Positions 36,896 to 51,007 are shown, counted from the first letter of the whole stretch. The stretch: 59,975 bases of DNA, filler included, from Sphacelaria rigidula (GCA_964200075.2; 7 parts of 7 records of this genome joined end to end with filler, not necessarily neighbours in it), one strand, 5' to 3'. Notes: a model not told the origin generated them from the sequence alone. A program made the numbers and translations.

Positions 36896-39418
36896 AGAAG
36901 GAACGCTCACCCCGTCGTTAACTTTGGTGGCACCGCTGTACACGAGGCACACAAGTCCCACGGACATCGAGATGCTCATTGCGATAAACAAGCGTCCCGC
37001 CACGCGATGGGCCGTACGGTACTCCGATCTCAACCACGGATTGAGCTGGATCGGCGCGAGCACGCTCCACAAGCCGGCGGGGAAGATGTGCAACCACCTT
37101 CCGGCTGATGTGATCACGGACGGAACTGCCGGTTAGCTTATGACAAACGGGGTAGATTTGATATAGCGACCGATCGCTTGATTGCTTGCTTCGTGCATGG
37201 GCTTGCTGTCTCCCATTACCCTTCGTTTCCCCGCGCTAAGGCGACCCTTTTCAAGGTGGATCCTGACGCTAGGACGGTGGAGATCAGCTTCCACCATTGA
37301 ATACTCCTCCGGTAGGGGGGGCGGGAAATGACTTTGAGGCTGAAACTCACTCGGGAGCAGTCAATTTTTTTTTGTGATGTATACATATACAGTATATATA
37401 CGGCCGGAAAGTGCCCCCCCCCCTCCCTCAGTAGACTGTGGCATGCATGATCATGAGTACACCCCCCCCCTCAATATATGACTGATCCGCTAGGAAATCA
37501 ATCATGATCAATCGCTGACAGAGATGGACGTCCCCGAGACATGAATGAACTCTCGTGGAACCGTAGCTGGAGGGAACCGATTTTTTTTTCCGAGGGGGCA
37601 AAAGGGAACGGCAATGAAATATGTCCTGCCGTGTATGGACAACACGAATGGGTTAGTCGGACAAAAGAAAAACGAACACAGTTACACTATATAGGAGTGA
37701 TTGCGCAGAGGCATACACGCACTTCTTCGCGACATGTCAATTTCACTAGAACACATAGGGGTGTGGGGGGTGGGGGGTGTACTCATGATCTTGCATGCCG
37801 TTGTTGGGGGGGAGGGGGGATTTCATCAGGTGCCAAATCCTTGTGTGCATGACAACTCCAGACCTTCTGCGGAGTAGATAGGAGTCAGAAGCTGACTACT
37901 CGTCGAGCGGCGGTGGGTGACAAGCGACGCCCGTCAAATGTATGAACAATAACCCTTGTAGGTTTGTCCTCAACGTGACCACAACCCAGGGCAACAAAAT
38001 CCCACTACATATCTCTCAAAGCTTCTGGCCGGGTGAAACTTCACACAGCAAGCACGCAGGTGCGGCATGTCGGAGCGGCCGCTGCTCGCTTTGTCCAAGG
38101 ACAGCACCACAGTTTGGTGAGAGACAATGGGCTACGGGAGTGCTTACTGGTGCGATGCTCGATACCAAAATGAAAGGCGGCAGGTACCGAGGGAGAGGGA
38201 AATTGATTTACAGCCTCGTCCCCGTCGGGGGGGGGGGGAGAGGGGAGGGGTAGGCGTACTCATTTGATGCTTACCCTAGTTATTTCACCATTGACCACGC
38301 ATCTCTTTCAAGACGGAGCACGGGTGGGGAGCACAAGGGAGGAGGGGAGGTTTACAATGCTTGACCAAAACAAAAGTTAACGTACCTGTCGAACGTGCGT
38401 ATCGTGCAAAGCTTGTTCTCCCGTCAGCATCTCTGAATGGAGTATGGTTAAACTCTCCCGCCTCGTCAAGTTTTTCCAGGTACCTGCGGACACATGGCGT
38501 TCAATATGTACATGTAACACACGTGCGGCGCAAAAAGTCGACCGGGAAGAGAAACCCGAACCAGGTTAGTCCCATCAGCGAGCGGTGCTTTATGGCAGGC
38601 GAAACGATGTACCACCCTCGCAACCGTTGTTTATCGGCAAATCTGTGTTATTGTTTCTCGTCATACCCAAGGAAGACCGAGCCAGCATTTTCCCTGACTG
38701 GTTCAGATCCCCGTTGTACGAGAGAGCATAGATATACTTCGAAAAATCATACAATGACCGTCAGCATACTATTGTACTGCACTAGGAGAGTTTCCAGGCA
38801 ACAGGCTCACCTACCTGGTGGAAGCTGCTATTGTGTGCAATAGATGGAGCCGTGTCTCTCCCGCACACCTCCTACGAAATGCTCAACACATCTCCATATA
38901 CTACATATATATACATATACATACAAAGGTACGAAAATGACGAGATGTGACTGTACTAGTTTGTTTGCTACCTCGTCTGCGGGTTGTAAATACAACGAAA
39001 ACGGCTCGCAAGCACGCTGCACGATGCAGCGACGCAGCCCACCCCGAAACCACTTCCCAACCCTGCCACAAGAAAAGTGACCATACAAGGCGTGGTAGCT
39101 GGTTCAGACGGGATGAAGCGCCTCTCATGGGCGCTACTGGCGAAAATGGGAGTTTCCACCACCACCTCGTTGTGTGTGTGTGTGTGTGTGTAGCTTTTGT
39201 TTTTGTCCGTTTCACCCAACTGACTGTATTTTCCCCCGGGGGCTGCCGGGGGAGCTAAGTAGACGTTACAGAGGTGCGGTAGCTCACGCTTGTGTCGGCG
39301 CAGCAGGCGAGTACCTCGCTGCTACATCTTCCCTGCTCTTCACTTCGAAACTGTGCATGTACCCAAACGGCCAGCGCCATACTTGCGGCAGCGGTAGTTG
39401 CGCGACGGGGACATCGCC
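34959..39418 (-). CDS. Multi-exon DUF2306-type membrane protein, partial; exons 39418-39315, 38483-38386, 37104-36911, 36672-36622, 36374-36274, 35113-34959
   Basis: All introns GT-AG with compatible phases (2,1,0,0,2). Spliced peptide includes WLHIFPAGLWSVLAPIQL..R..HRVAGRLF and AIYYARRKKFAMHRVWVLRH, the paired HR motifs of DUF2306. Start and last exon not found; the 36622 donor is weak. Confidence 0.82.
36823..36893. repeat. (CA)n microsatellite, intronic
   Basis: Read directly. Confidence 0.97.
37408..37800. mobile_element. Intronic inverted-repeat element related to the repeat at 174-235
   Basis: GGCATGCATGATCATGAGTACACCCCC (37440) is inverse to GGGGGTGTACTCATGATCTTGCATGCC (37773); the same motif occurs near 175. 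Confidence 0.6.
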
Positions 39419-40381
39419 CTGTTACGTGTGCTGTAGCGCTTAGAGACACGTCCTGGTGGTTTTGTTTTTGAACTGCCCATCATGCTCGGGCCGCCGTATA
39501 AAAACTTCTGGGTTAGATTTTACATGGCCGAAACTGCTTGCCTATCCCGAGCCTATTGGACGAAATAAATGAAATTTTGATGATGACGACTTCAACCTCT
39601 CTCTTAAATGATGAACCTCAAATTCGATTCCACGCTGTAAAGCGCTGATACATGGCAATGGCTTTACTGTGAGGTACTCGGCAGGTTCGTCTACGCTTTG
39701 CACACTAGAAATCTATCACAAAGTGGTGTTGTTTAAGTGCTTAATATGCAACAGCAAGCAAGCGCTATGCAACTTCAAGCATGAGAGCAGCATAGGCGTC
39801 GTCCTCCTGGGTATCTTTTGACGGGAAAAACATTGCCAAGGGTGTTGATAAGCGTATGTGATTGGCGGAAACGTACTCCTTTGCATAAGAATTAGTCCTA
39901 GCTTCTCGTGAACTGTCGCTAGCAGGAGGCTCCGGATGTTGTCCTTTCCTCGACACACACATGCATATGTGTCATTATTTAGATACTTAGCACATCATTG
40001 ATTTGATTTGTATTGTATTGGTTGTCGCATTTTAAGTGATCCCCCAGGGGTCCAGCCGTGGTCATTATCCAACACGAAAGACGTACCCGAGACAAGATGA
40101 AACTAAAATACTCGCTGTAGAGAAGTGAAGAAGAACAGCAAAGATAAAACAGACGAACAGAGTAGACCAAGAGAAGAAAATAAAGGACGAGAAAAAAACG
40201 ACTAGAAATGGGCGGCGTCTGCCCCATGGCTTCGGTGGAAGATGTCTTGCGCAGGAATCACACTCATACCCAATCGTATGGTAGAAAAAAAAAAGACCGT
40301 GGGAAACAGCCTTGTCGTGAGATTGAGGGTAGAAGATACGATTGAGAGTGAAAATCGGTCAATTCCTGAACGAACAGTTTC

Positions 40382-40906
40382 AGTTCCGAAATGCCCCTCC
40401 ATGAGGCCCGATATGCTTTCTGCAGTATCTTGCCACTGAAGCCCTTGATACCCCTGAGTAGGATATCGATGTGTAGCTGTAAGCACACGCCAGTGTTACA
40501 GGGCAAAGGGAAGCACACACAGAGATGAGAAATTGGTCAACTTGAGGCGAATGATCGAACCCACTCTCAATCAACGTTCTAATCTCAATCTCACGAGAAC
40601 TTTGTTGGGAACAGATTGCCGCGCATCCACCAGGACCTCACTATTTTGGACATGAAATCCCTCATCCACGAACCCTACGGAAGCGAGGCACCAAGCTGCT
40701 CTGGCACACATTGGCAGGAAAAAACACGTATGTGGAGGGGAAAATGGGGAAAAGACATGGAGAACAGAAGCAAAAGGAGTTTCAAAAAGTGGTTGAGACC
40801 CAAATAAAGAGAACACCAGAGCAGATAAACACACACACAACAATGGGCACCGCAGAAACCACCAAGTAACATCGACGTACCTTTACCACCGTAACTGGCT
40901 ACCATA
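40382..40906 (-). CDS. Candidate small exons of an unknown gene (about 40906-40881, 40674-40594, 40454-40377)
   Basis: AG/GT-bounded, phase-compatible pieces reading SYGGK-GFVDEGFHVQNSEVL..VPNKVL-GYQGLQWQDTAESISGLMEGHFG; an alternative frame is also open and no homology is recognised. Confidence 0.3.
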
Positions 40907-41175
40907 GACCACGCTACTGACACTACTCGCAGTAGTCACATAAACACCACGTGCTGCACACGAGTCTCTCGACGCCAAGCTTCCGGAAGAAGGGACTGCT
41001 TTACCCAAGTAAGTATTCCAGACGATTCAACACATGCGATGAACACGCAGCCAAGTGGATGATGACAATACTGGAAAGTTGGTTTACCTAATATACTGCA
41101 CGAGCCAGACATGAAATCTTGCGGGATTTTTCCGTATCAACTCAATATAGAGGTGGATACACGATACCAAGGGTA

Positions 41176-42680
41176 GGTCGAGTAGAGTACACTCAATACT
41201 CGGTATTTTCGAAGAGTCATACTTTCAGTACTCAAATTTCGGGTAGAGTATTTGAGGCTGTACTCAATCTACCCAGAATTTGAGTAGAGTGCTTGAGGTC
41301 ACACTCAATCTGCCCAAAAAATGAGTAGAGTATTGAGGTCCTACCCAAGTGATACTCTATATTCAAGTATTACTGAGAGTGCTCAATCAAAATTTGAGTA
41401 GAGTATTGGATGTCGTACTCGATCTACTCAATAATTGAGTGGAGTATTGGAGGTCGTACTCGATCTACTCAATAATTGAGTAGAGTATTGGAGGTCGTAC
41501 TCGACCGACTCAAAAATTGAGAAGAGTATTGAGGTCATACCCAATTGATACTCTATACTCCAAGAATTACTGAGAGTGCTTACCCAATATTTGAGTAGAG
41601 TATTGGAGGTCGTGCTCGATCTACTCAAAAATGGAGTGGAGTATTTGAGGTCGTACTCGACCGACTCAAAATTTGAGTATAGTATTTGAGGCCGTACTCG
41701 ACCTACTCAAAAATTAAGTAGATTTTTGAAGTCATATTCAATCTAATATAATTTGAGTAGAGTCTGTGAGGTCATACGTAATCTACCCAAAATTTGAGTA
41801 GAGATTTTGAGGCTATACCCGATCTACTCGAAAGTTGGGTAGAGTATCTGAGGCCGGACCCGATGTACCATCGCTGACTCTCCCATGGAGGAGTCATATG
41901 TGCGGCCAGTAGAGTCGCTCATTTTGATAATACCTACCCGACAACACGTCTACTCGATTACTCAATGATGATGAGTAGCGCTCTGTACTGAAACTGATAT
42001 CGAAGGGGTTGAGAGGTATCAAGTATGTACTGCCATGGGTGGAGGCAGGTGAGCTGGGGCAGGTAAAGTTATTCACCTGCACGCTTTTTTTGTTTTTTGA
42101 TGGCCATCATTCGCTCATACTCATTGTAGCCCGTGACGTACCGCCACTTATCTAATTGATGGTCATCGTTCGCCCATGTATTCAACAACACAGTCTGGGA
42201 AGTGACGTCACGAAGTCGCCGACGGTCACGGTTACTCATCATACACAAGTGATACTCTATACTCAAGTATAACGAGAGTGCTTAGTCAATATATGAGTAG
42301 CGTATTTGAGGTCGTTCTCGATCTACTCAAATAGTGAGTAGAGTATTTGAGGTCGTACTCAACCTACTCACTATTTGAGTAGAGTATTGAATTCATACCC
42401 AAGTGATACTCTATACTCGAGTATCACTGAGAGTGCTTGCTCGATTTTTGAGTAGAGTATTAGAGGTCGTACTCGATCTACTCAAAATTTGAGTAGAGTA
42501 TTGGAGGTCGTACTCGATCGACTGAAAAGTTGAGTATTGAGGTCACACCCAAGTGATACTCTATACAAAAGTATTACTGAGAGTGCTTCCTCAATATTTG
42601 AGAGGAGGTTTGAAGGTCGTACTTGATCTACTCAAAAATGGAGTAAAGTATTTGAGGCCGTACTCGACCTATTCAAAATA
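41176..42680. repeat. Satellite-like ~39-41-bp tandem repeat in two blocks (41176-41860, 42240-42680)
   Basis: Unit GAGTAGAGTATT(G/T)GAGGTCGTACTCGATCTACTCAAAAATT, with a periodic variant CCCAAGTGATACTCTATACTCAAGTATTACTGAGAGTGCT. Confidence 0.92.
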
Positions 42681-43380
42681 GGGTAATGCTATTTCCAAGT
42701 CGCGACTCGGAAATAGTTATATCCACCACCAGCTGCGATTTGACTATCCACCCGCGTTCGTCCTATGTGCCTTGCATCGACACTACAGCACCTTCAATAC
42801 ACTCACACAGTCTNNNNNNNNNNNNNNNNNNNNNNNNNNNNNNNNNNNNNNNNNNNNTTAATTAATTAANNNNNNNNNNNNNNNNNNNNNNNNNNNNNNN
42901 NNNNNNNNNNNNNACGTTCACGTTTCGTTCCTCACACAACGTAACGTGAACGTAACGTGTAACGCTCTGGCACGTGTAACGTGTATATCGCTGATCAATT
43001 CGAGTGAATGATTGTCATGTCCTCTGATGATTTTGGTGTGTGGGTATAAATATTACATCACTCAAAGGTATACATACATTGTTCCATGTCGAAGATGAGC
43101 ATTATACGCAATAATATTCCACGTGCAAGCAAACAAGCAGAAAAAGAACGAAAATGAGGGAAAACAAAAAACGAGGGGTCGCAGGAGGCATACAATATAC
43201 ACAACGATGTGCCAAAATACCAATGAAACAACCTTCCATATGTATATACCATAAATACTGGGCAATTGCCGGGTGCTCTGAATGAAACAATACAGCTACA
43301 CATAGAGGGGAAAACCCTACTCTTGCGTTCTACTGCACTGAGACGCTTCGCACGGCCACATGAAAGTTTTGAATTTGGTA

Positions 43381-43889
43381 CAGGGGGTGAGGCAGGTACC
43401 CGGTACCGGTATTTGGGACATGTCATACCCTACCGATACCAGTCCAATCCGTTATTTTTAACTGTCATACCTACGAACTCATACCTACGATACCACGGTA
43501 TTTCGAGATCTTGATACCTACCGTACCCGCCCAATCCGATATTTTGAAATGCCATACCTGCGATATTTACGATACCAGGGTATTTCGAGATTTCGATACC
43601 TACCGTACCAGCCCAATCCGGTATTTTGAAATGCCATACCTGCGATATTTACGATACCAGGGTATTTCGAGATTTCGATACCTACCGTACCCGCCCAATC
43701 CGGTATTTTGAAATGCCATTCCTACGATACCTACGATACCAGGGTATTTCGAGATTTCGATACCTACCGTACCCGCCCAATCCGTTATTTTCAATTGTCA
43801 TACCTACGATACCTACGCATGCCACGGTATGGGATACCCCGGCAAATAACGGGGATACGCTCGGTACGGTACCTTACCTACGGTGCCTG
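43381..43889. repeat. ~81-bp tandem array (about 4 units) inside a CAG...CTG-ended element
   Basis: Unit GATACCAGGGTATTTCGAGATTTCGATACCTACCGTACCCGCCCAATCCGGTATTTTGAAATGCCATACCTGCGATATTTAC; ATACC/GTACC-rich; no clear TSD. Confidence 0.85.
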
Positions 43890-44884
43890 TGCAAGTATCC
43901 ACCCTTGCATATGGAATGGTTAGATTAGATCTCACGAAGTGTTCGTATCGAAAACTCGTCGATTTGAGAGCACCAAACAGCTGTGTTTTAAAGTTTAGTG
44001 CCAAAGACATGCAACAACTTACGATTAGAACCGGACATATTCCGAGCAGGGCTGATCGATTGATCGATTGATTGTCGCACATTGATTGGTACTTCTGTAA
44101 ATCACTTGATTTTAGTGTGATCGATTCGTACGGTACGAATCAATCTTCACGCTTTTTTGTCAGCGTTGTAACTCAGGTACGCGCAGCCCAGGCGCATGGA
44201 ATGGCGAAAAAGTTGCGTGGAGACCTGATTGACCAGCGGTCGACTTTTTTCTCTATCCATTAATCAGGCCTAAGAAATCGTGGATTTGGTGATTCGAACC
44301 GGCGATGATTCGTCCGACCCTTGCAAGCTTTCCGCCTATAGCGTCATGATCTAACTCACGAAAGATTTCCGGCACATCGTTGAAACACTCATATTTGATA
44401 AATTTGCTGTTGAGTGAAAAAACCATGGCCAGTTTTTTTTTCTGTCACAATTTCAACCCCACCCACCCCTCCCTCATTCTCTTGCTCCGTCTCGAAAGGG
44501 ATGCATGTTCAATAGTCAAATGACTGAGGCAAGCAACGAGTGAGTGAGCCGCCCCCCCGCCGCCCCGCCACCCCGGCAAGCAACGAACGAGTACGCCCTC
44601 CTGCCACCCCGTCGAAACGTCCGTGGTCTCAAGGTGACAGCCCATCTGTGCCTCGCTACATGCCTTGCAGTTTGGTATCGCTGACTGGATTATGACCAGC
44701 ACTCTTGCGCCCAGTCGACTCTCGTTAAGCCTTTTGGGATCGGGCCTCCAGAACGAACAATGAGGCTTGTTAGGAATGACGTGTCCTGCATATGCATGAA
44801 ATAGTGACTTCATGTTGCTGAAAATCAACGAATGTATGTAACGGCAGGCTTAGATGAAGACCGAAAGTTTAATCTAATCTATTT

Positions 44885-45323
44885 TCAGGCACAAACTGTC
44901 TGTACTATATATAATTGGGGTGTTGTGCGCATCAGGCAGTGTAGAGATGTATCAAGCAGTATCGATTGCGATGGAGAGCTTTCAACAGGATGTGGCAACC
45001 GACGCCCGCCACTTGTGGCCTTGGACATTGTCCCCATCACCTTGCCACACAGCCTTTTGCGGTCGGGGTGGGCCTCGATTCCCCTCTTTTCTGCAAGCGG
45101 CAAATTCTCTTCGAACGGCATGGGCGTTGCGCCGTAGATGCAATGCAGTGCAGCACGCCTTTCCGATTGCAGCAGCAGCTGCCGCTGCATACCCCCTAAC
45201 ATGTTCTGGGCAGTTTTCCGCGACGTAGATCAGCTGCCTGTACACAGCTTGTTCATTATCGTCGATTACATACGACCCCACCGCCGCTTGTACCGCCTTG
45301 AAAGAGGAATACGCAGAACTCAT
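44885..45323 (-). pseudogene. Frameshifted coding relic resembling a Mutator/MULE transposase N-terminus
   Basis: YSSFKAVQAAVGSYVIDDNEQAVY..NCPEH resembles the F-S-(x)n-AV-x-Y..CP pattern of MuDR DNA-binding domains; two overlapping ORFs. Confidence 0.35.
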
Positions 45324-46349
45324 GCCTCTAGCTCCGCCTCTCGTCCCACAGCGTCGCTACGTTCAGTCGCCTTGTGAGCATGACTACATATATAGTAGGG
45401 TACACTTATTCCCGAATTTCCCCCGAGCACTACGTGTTAGTGTTATCTACAAGGTTTGACTACAGGATGGTAACACGAAAAAAAATCGAGCGATGGGAGG
45501 TCGGGCCTACATAAAATGGAAGTGAATGATAAAAAAATCGGGAATCCAAGCCCCGACAACTTGGGGATACTTCTGCTTCGAAGGCTTTTTTGTGGACCAG
45601 GGACAATGTACACCAACTTTGAAGTGACATCACTCCCGGCGACAGCTCCTCCCCACTGGTCGCTCTGATGTGGCCGATAAATTTCACCTCGCCCTGATTG
45701 GACAGGTCGCTCCCAGACTTGTTTATTATTATTTTACTAATACACGGTGAACTCCTTGTTACTGAGCTTCAGTCCCAAAAGGGTTACGAGGCTGGATCAT
45801 GACCAGCACTGCATGCTAGGGGTGCACATTCCTTCTCTGAGGCTCTTTGCTGTAGGAGCCCCTCGACGGCATTTATCTGGGCCTTAGTGTGCAGTCTCGG
45901 AAATCATTTATGGAACAAAAGTGCATCCCTGGCGTGAAATTGCATTGAAATAAAACCTAATTTTCCTGCTCAATTCCTCGCTCCTGACGATCTCGACAGC
46001 GAAAATCAGACACTGTGACTAACGGTAATGCGAAGGACACAAACGGGTCACTTGCTCAACTCCTCAAGCGTGGGTAGATCTAGGAGCCTTCGGGTATTCG
46101 GCACCACTTCCACATCACGTCTAGTGAGGTAGCAAAATACCTCCACAGAAAAGACAGGACCATACTGTACGCAGTACAATTTTTTACTATTGATCATAAT
46201 CATAATATTGATATTGTCCAGTGTGTGAAATATAGATTCCATCGGGGTCAACTGCCGCACCAGCGCAGCGTGGGCACGCCTGCCGAATCATAGTTTTCAT
46301 CTCTACATCCGGCCCGCCGCCTAGCCACTTGTACAACTCCGGCTGCTCG

Positions 46350-47170
46350 CGTCGTAGGCGGTGAAAGCCGTTCTGTACGGATGTGTTCTACATGGACACT
46401 GCGTCCTGAGGACCTGTAGGACTGCGCTGCTCACCGCCAGCATTTGCTGCGAGGGGTCAGATTCCGCAGGAAGGAGCGAACTGGCTCTCAAGACTCCTTC
46501 GTAACTCAGATGTCCTCGAGATGATCAACTGCGAGCGTGTCGACATGACTTATCCATCCGCAAGCGTCAGGTCTGGTTCGCGCGGCACCTTGTCCGGTAG
46601 GACGAGACCCGTCTCCCAATTCGCATCAAGTTCGGACGATGAGCTGCACAGTGGCGCAAGAGGCTGGCCGGCAACCGAAACACGGCGGGGGAAAACAACC
46701 TCCAGGAGGACCTACATACACTGGGGGCCCTTCCACGCAAAGGACCACGACAGAAATGGTCTCTCTACCCTATGGAGGCCACAGACAAACATCGTGGGCA
46801 AATGGAACCTTCAAGTCGAAAAGGGGGGCGGAGGGGATCGAGGAGACGCGGCGATGCGGATACAAACGCGAATCGGACCTTCGCTACCGCTGAGAGACTG
46901 ATGCACCGAGAGCAGATAATTGGGAAGACTTCACCACTGAGACAGCAACATCAACAGCTCGCGAGGAATCGGACATGCTGCAGGGGGCGGTTTTTTCTAG
47001 TTTTATTTCGGTTTCGTCCCTAGTTCTTCCTCTTCTAATTCTTCTGCTTGGCTTCATTTTTTTTGCTTTTTCAGCTTACTTCATTTGTTGGTTTCATCTT
47101 GGTTTCTTTCCCCTCCTTCTCATTAGGCGTTTCTTCCGGTTCGTTTTTTCCCGTCCTAGTTTGCAGCAAA
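46350..47170 (+). mobile_element. RTE-clade LINE 3' fragment, decayed
   Basis: AVLYGC..TWTLRP, RKRQVWFARHLVR..RLP and VEKGAE motifs across frameshifts, then a T-rich 3' UTR. Confidence 0.75.
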
Positions 47171-49385
47171 TGATGAGGAAAAAATACCGCTGGGAAAATA
47201 CAACGAGATGTGTTGACACTACCTCACGGTTCCAGATATATATTTTGAGGCGGGTGAGGTACCAACAGAGCGGGGGGGGGGGGGGGAGGGGGGACGTCGG
47301 GATCTGGAGCGCCAAAGGAACAAAAGCCAGGACGCGGCGGGGGGGCGCACTCATGTGTTGCTTGCCTTAGTCGTTTGACCCTTCCGAGACGGAGCACCGC
47401 AGAGCGGGGGGGTACCCAAAAGTACGGTCAGCGGAATTCGTAGGGGTGTACACGCCAAGGGGAGGTGTACAAAGATCTCAAGACTTCGCTATGCCTAGAT
47501 TCCTGTGTTGGTGTAAGACGTAAAACACAGACCTCCGCCGATCGCTGCGGGCCCAGCTCGTACTGTGTGCAAACTGACATCTTCATCCTGTACTGCCATA
47601 TGCGGCAGTATAGACAGTACTGTACTGCTTAGTCCTGTCTGTACTGTACTGTACTGTACTGTACAGTACTGTTGAATGCGGCAGTACAGGCCTCGAACTG
47701 TCCGCACTGCACGTTGTCCTGATCATTTTCGGCAGCCATTGGGTGCAGCATGGCATGTGGATCCTGCTGTTCGATGCGGCAGTGCAGACAGTACAGTACT
47801 GCCTAGTGTTGTCTGCATTGCACGTTGTCCACATACTTCACGTTGTACGCACCATTTTTACCACAGCCGTGCGCCTACAACTTACTGCATGAGACAGCAC
47901 AGACAGCATCCTGTCATCTCTGCGCTGGGTACTGTCCGTGTTGTAGGTTCTCAAGAGCACGGTCGATGCCACTATATCATCAACCCCTGACAACATCTCG
48001 CGTACGCCGGGATGGCGAAGCAAAGTTCTGCCTGGTTTGTAAACGGCGCTAAGGATGTGCGACATTGCTGTCAGCAGAGCCCCGCAGATGAGGGAGGGCA
48101 CAAACATCTTCAGGGCTGGCGGGCGATGCTAATCGCGTCATGTCTCGAATGAAAAATACAAGAGAAAAATCAAAGTCGATCTCGTCTTGGAGCTTCTCGG
48201 AAAATACAAGCCACGAGGGCCCATCTCGTAAAATTTCCCTTGTCATGTATCTTCCCCCTGAGAATCTTGTGAAAACACGAACCGTAACTAGCCATTTTAT
48301 ATTTTTTCCTCGATATTTGCAAAATAAGGCCTTCAAAGGCGTTTTCGTTTGCTTTTTTCACTGTGGCCACGTCGATCTCATGGATAATGACCAAGGCGAG
48401 GTCCGACAAGGATCAGAGTACGTGTGTGTGTTTCTCTCCACTTTATTCTGGGCGCCAATTTACACCTTTCTGTACATGTGGGTGCATTAGCCGAGGTCAC
48501 ACAGGAGGGAGGTCAACGCACAGGGCTTCTCCAGCTTTTCATTTTGTGCCAGTACTCCGCTTTCCTTCTGCGGTGCTTGCCTTACTTTTTCCAACACGAG
48601 CGGGGTTCAGCGGTCCCTGTCCCTCGTCGACCTTCAAGTCGAACTCGGAATGAGCGACAGTCAATGTATTATTCAATTTTTTAAGGAACACCCGACTGGA
48701 TCTGGTGGGAATAGAAACCATATCCGACCAGACTGCTTCCACGTGGACTAAATAGGCGACCAGACAAACGGTGTAAATGCGTGTTCACCCCGACGTACAG
48801 AGACATCGGCGCTTCTCGTGAACGTTACTCACGACTCCTTCCTGGGGCGTAACAGGCTCCCATTTAGGGTACAGCCCAGCGTACGATGGAAAACAGTATT
48901 TGCCTACCTGGAAACAACTCCAAGCAAGTCCGACTTTATCTACGCACAACACCCGGTCGCGGGCAATCAACCTCTGTATTTGGTACAGGAATTTATACGA
49001 TATGGTCCACAAAAATTACGGCTGACCCTACCCCTACCCCTAACCCTTAGTTTTGGTGTGGCTTGCTAAATTCGAATCTTGCCGTGGCTGACATTCCCAT
49101 ACAACGTGTGCAGGCTGCGTTCCCGCCGAAATAGGGGACGAAGGCGTCGAACCGAGGTTCTGACAACGTACGTTTTGCCTTCCATAGTCATGTCAAATAC
49201 ACCCCCCCTTGCTCGAGGACTCTCGGTTGGGGTTTTAGGGCCAGGGTTAGCGTTACGGATTGACATTAACGACGTATGGCCAACCATGGAAATTGTTGAT
49301 CAGTTCGCACAAAAAACTATCTCATGTTCTTGGTGAAGCAAAGAGGTTCCGTCTGCGATGTACACGCTACGCCCACCACACGCAC

Positions 49386-49520
49386 CTCAAGGCGGAAACG
49401 TCGTCCTCAGAGAGGGGAGCACCTTGGCGTCGTCGCTTGCTCAACAGCTCGGAGACCCTGGACAGCTGCACGATGGGACGACGTACGGCAATACATTGCT
49501 TCGTGTGGGAGGGTGGCCCT
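49386..49520 (-). CDS. Candidate internal exon, unknown protein
   Basis: ccacgcag| ... |GTGCGT with open frame GPPSHTKQCIAVRRPIVQLSRVSELLSKRRRQGAPLSEDDVSAL. Confidence 0.4.
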
Positions 49521-51007
49521 CTGCGTGGACAGTTACAACGTAGGTTGTAACGTCAGGTATGCACTCGAGTATTCGCTGCGGGACAGCGTTCCCAAAGGTT
49601 TGTACTCGTATACGACTTGGCTCAGTCCTGCTGGGACATCACTCAATGTGCGACAATCAATCACTGATTTCATTTAATCAATTAATGAATCAATCATTCA
49701 TTCAGTATTTGGGAGTCTTTCACGTATTGGACATTTATCATCGCTGGTGCGAATCACCAGTCTTACGCAAAAAAAAAAAAAAATCGGAACAGAATCCAAC
49801 ATATTTTCGCCCCCATACGCACGCAAACACCGCGCAACCCCAGATTCAGCAAGATGGGGTTGTTGTCTGTAGTCGAACATGACATGTGGTCGAAGTTTCA
49901 GCACGTCAAAGCACTGACAGCGCTTGCACGGCCGTGTCTCCTGAAGTGAGCACCTCTACAGGCGATACCAAGATAGGTACCGCGTAGAATGACATCATCC
50001 AGAGTGTGCGCAGTACGGATCGATGTGTTCGTTTGCCGGGGCAGGAGCCACCCAGCAGGAAGTGAGCGTATCTGCGTGTCAGCATATGCATCCACTGACG
50101 TCTCACGCAGTCTGGACCGAGGGGACTGCGTTTTGAGGGCGTATCGATGGCATTTCCCAAATTCCGTATTTTGCTTCGTGCGTCTAGCGCACCACATAAA
50201 AAGTGCCGCCGCTCCGGGAATATGCAGTCTGTGTTGTGGTCTACGTCTGTGCCAAGTTTTAGGCTGGTTATAACAGACACGGCGGAGAAATCCACAAGCA
50301 AAATAACCCTTGGTTTGTACCGAAAATACAGTACTAAACTCTGTTAAACCGTCGGAAGATACACGAGGCGCGTATGATTTTTGTATGCGGGAACCTCGGC
50401 AGTCGACTTGCTTTTTATTTTTCGGCGTAAGACTGACCAAGTCTACGATTTCTGAGGCCTGATTGCTCGAAAATGAAAAAAAAAAGCTGACCGCGAGTAG
50501 AAAAAAAGCCTTGACGCCCGGGATGCGTGCACATGGGGTGCAACGCAGAAAACGAAGCACAAAGGTGTATCTGTAAGACTCTAATCAAATACACGATTAG
50601 CAAGTCATACTCCAACAAATCAGAATTCGTCCAACCTTCGGAATCTCTAGTACAGGGGGAATCGTAATGAAGGGTCGGGCCCGCTATTAACTTTTCTCTG
50701 CTTTCACTAAATATGTATGTGTCTGATACTTTATTCCATTCGAGCTGCTTCTGCTTTGTTGATGCCTATCTAGTGACCGCGGCAAGGTTCGAAGCAAATC
50801 AGCTATATACAAAGGCAAGCGAAGAGGCATCACTCGATCAACCAGTGCACGATACACCATCGATATGGGCCGCGATTGGACCAAGCGGCGGAATAGCGGT
50901 GTTGCGAACGGAAGGATACACGGTACTCGCGACAGAAAACGCGGGAATAGCCAGGCCTCGATTTAGGCTGTACATGCAGCCCGTCTGCGTAGCTACGGTA
51001 GCTCTAC

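Noticed and set aside
37107..37310. Upstream in-frame extension of the DUF2306 exon through a TAA
   Set aside because: The acceptor before 37104 joins the 38386 donor in the correct phase, so the TAA is intronic.
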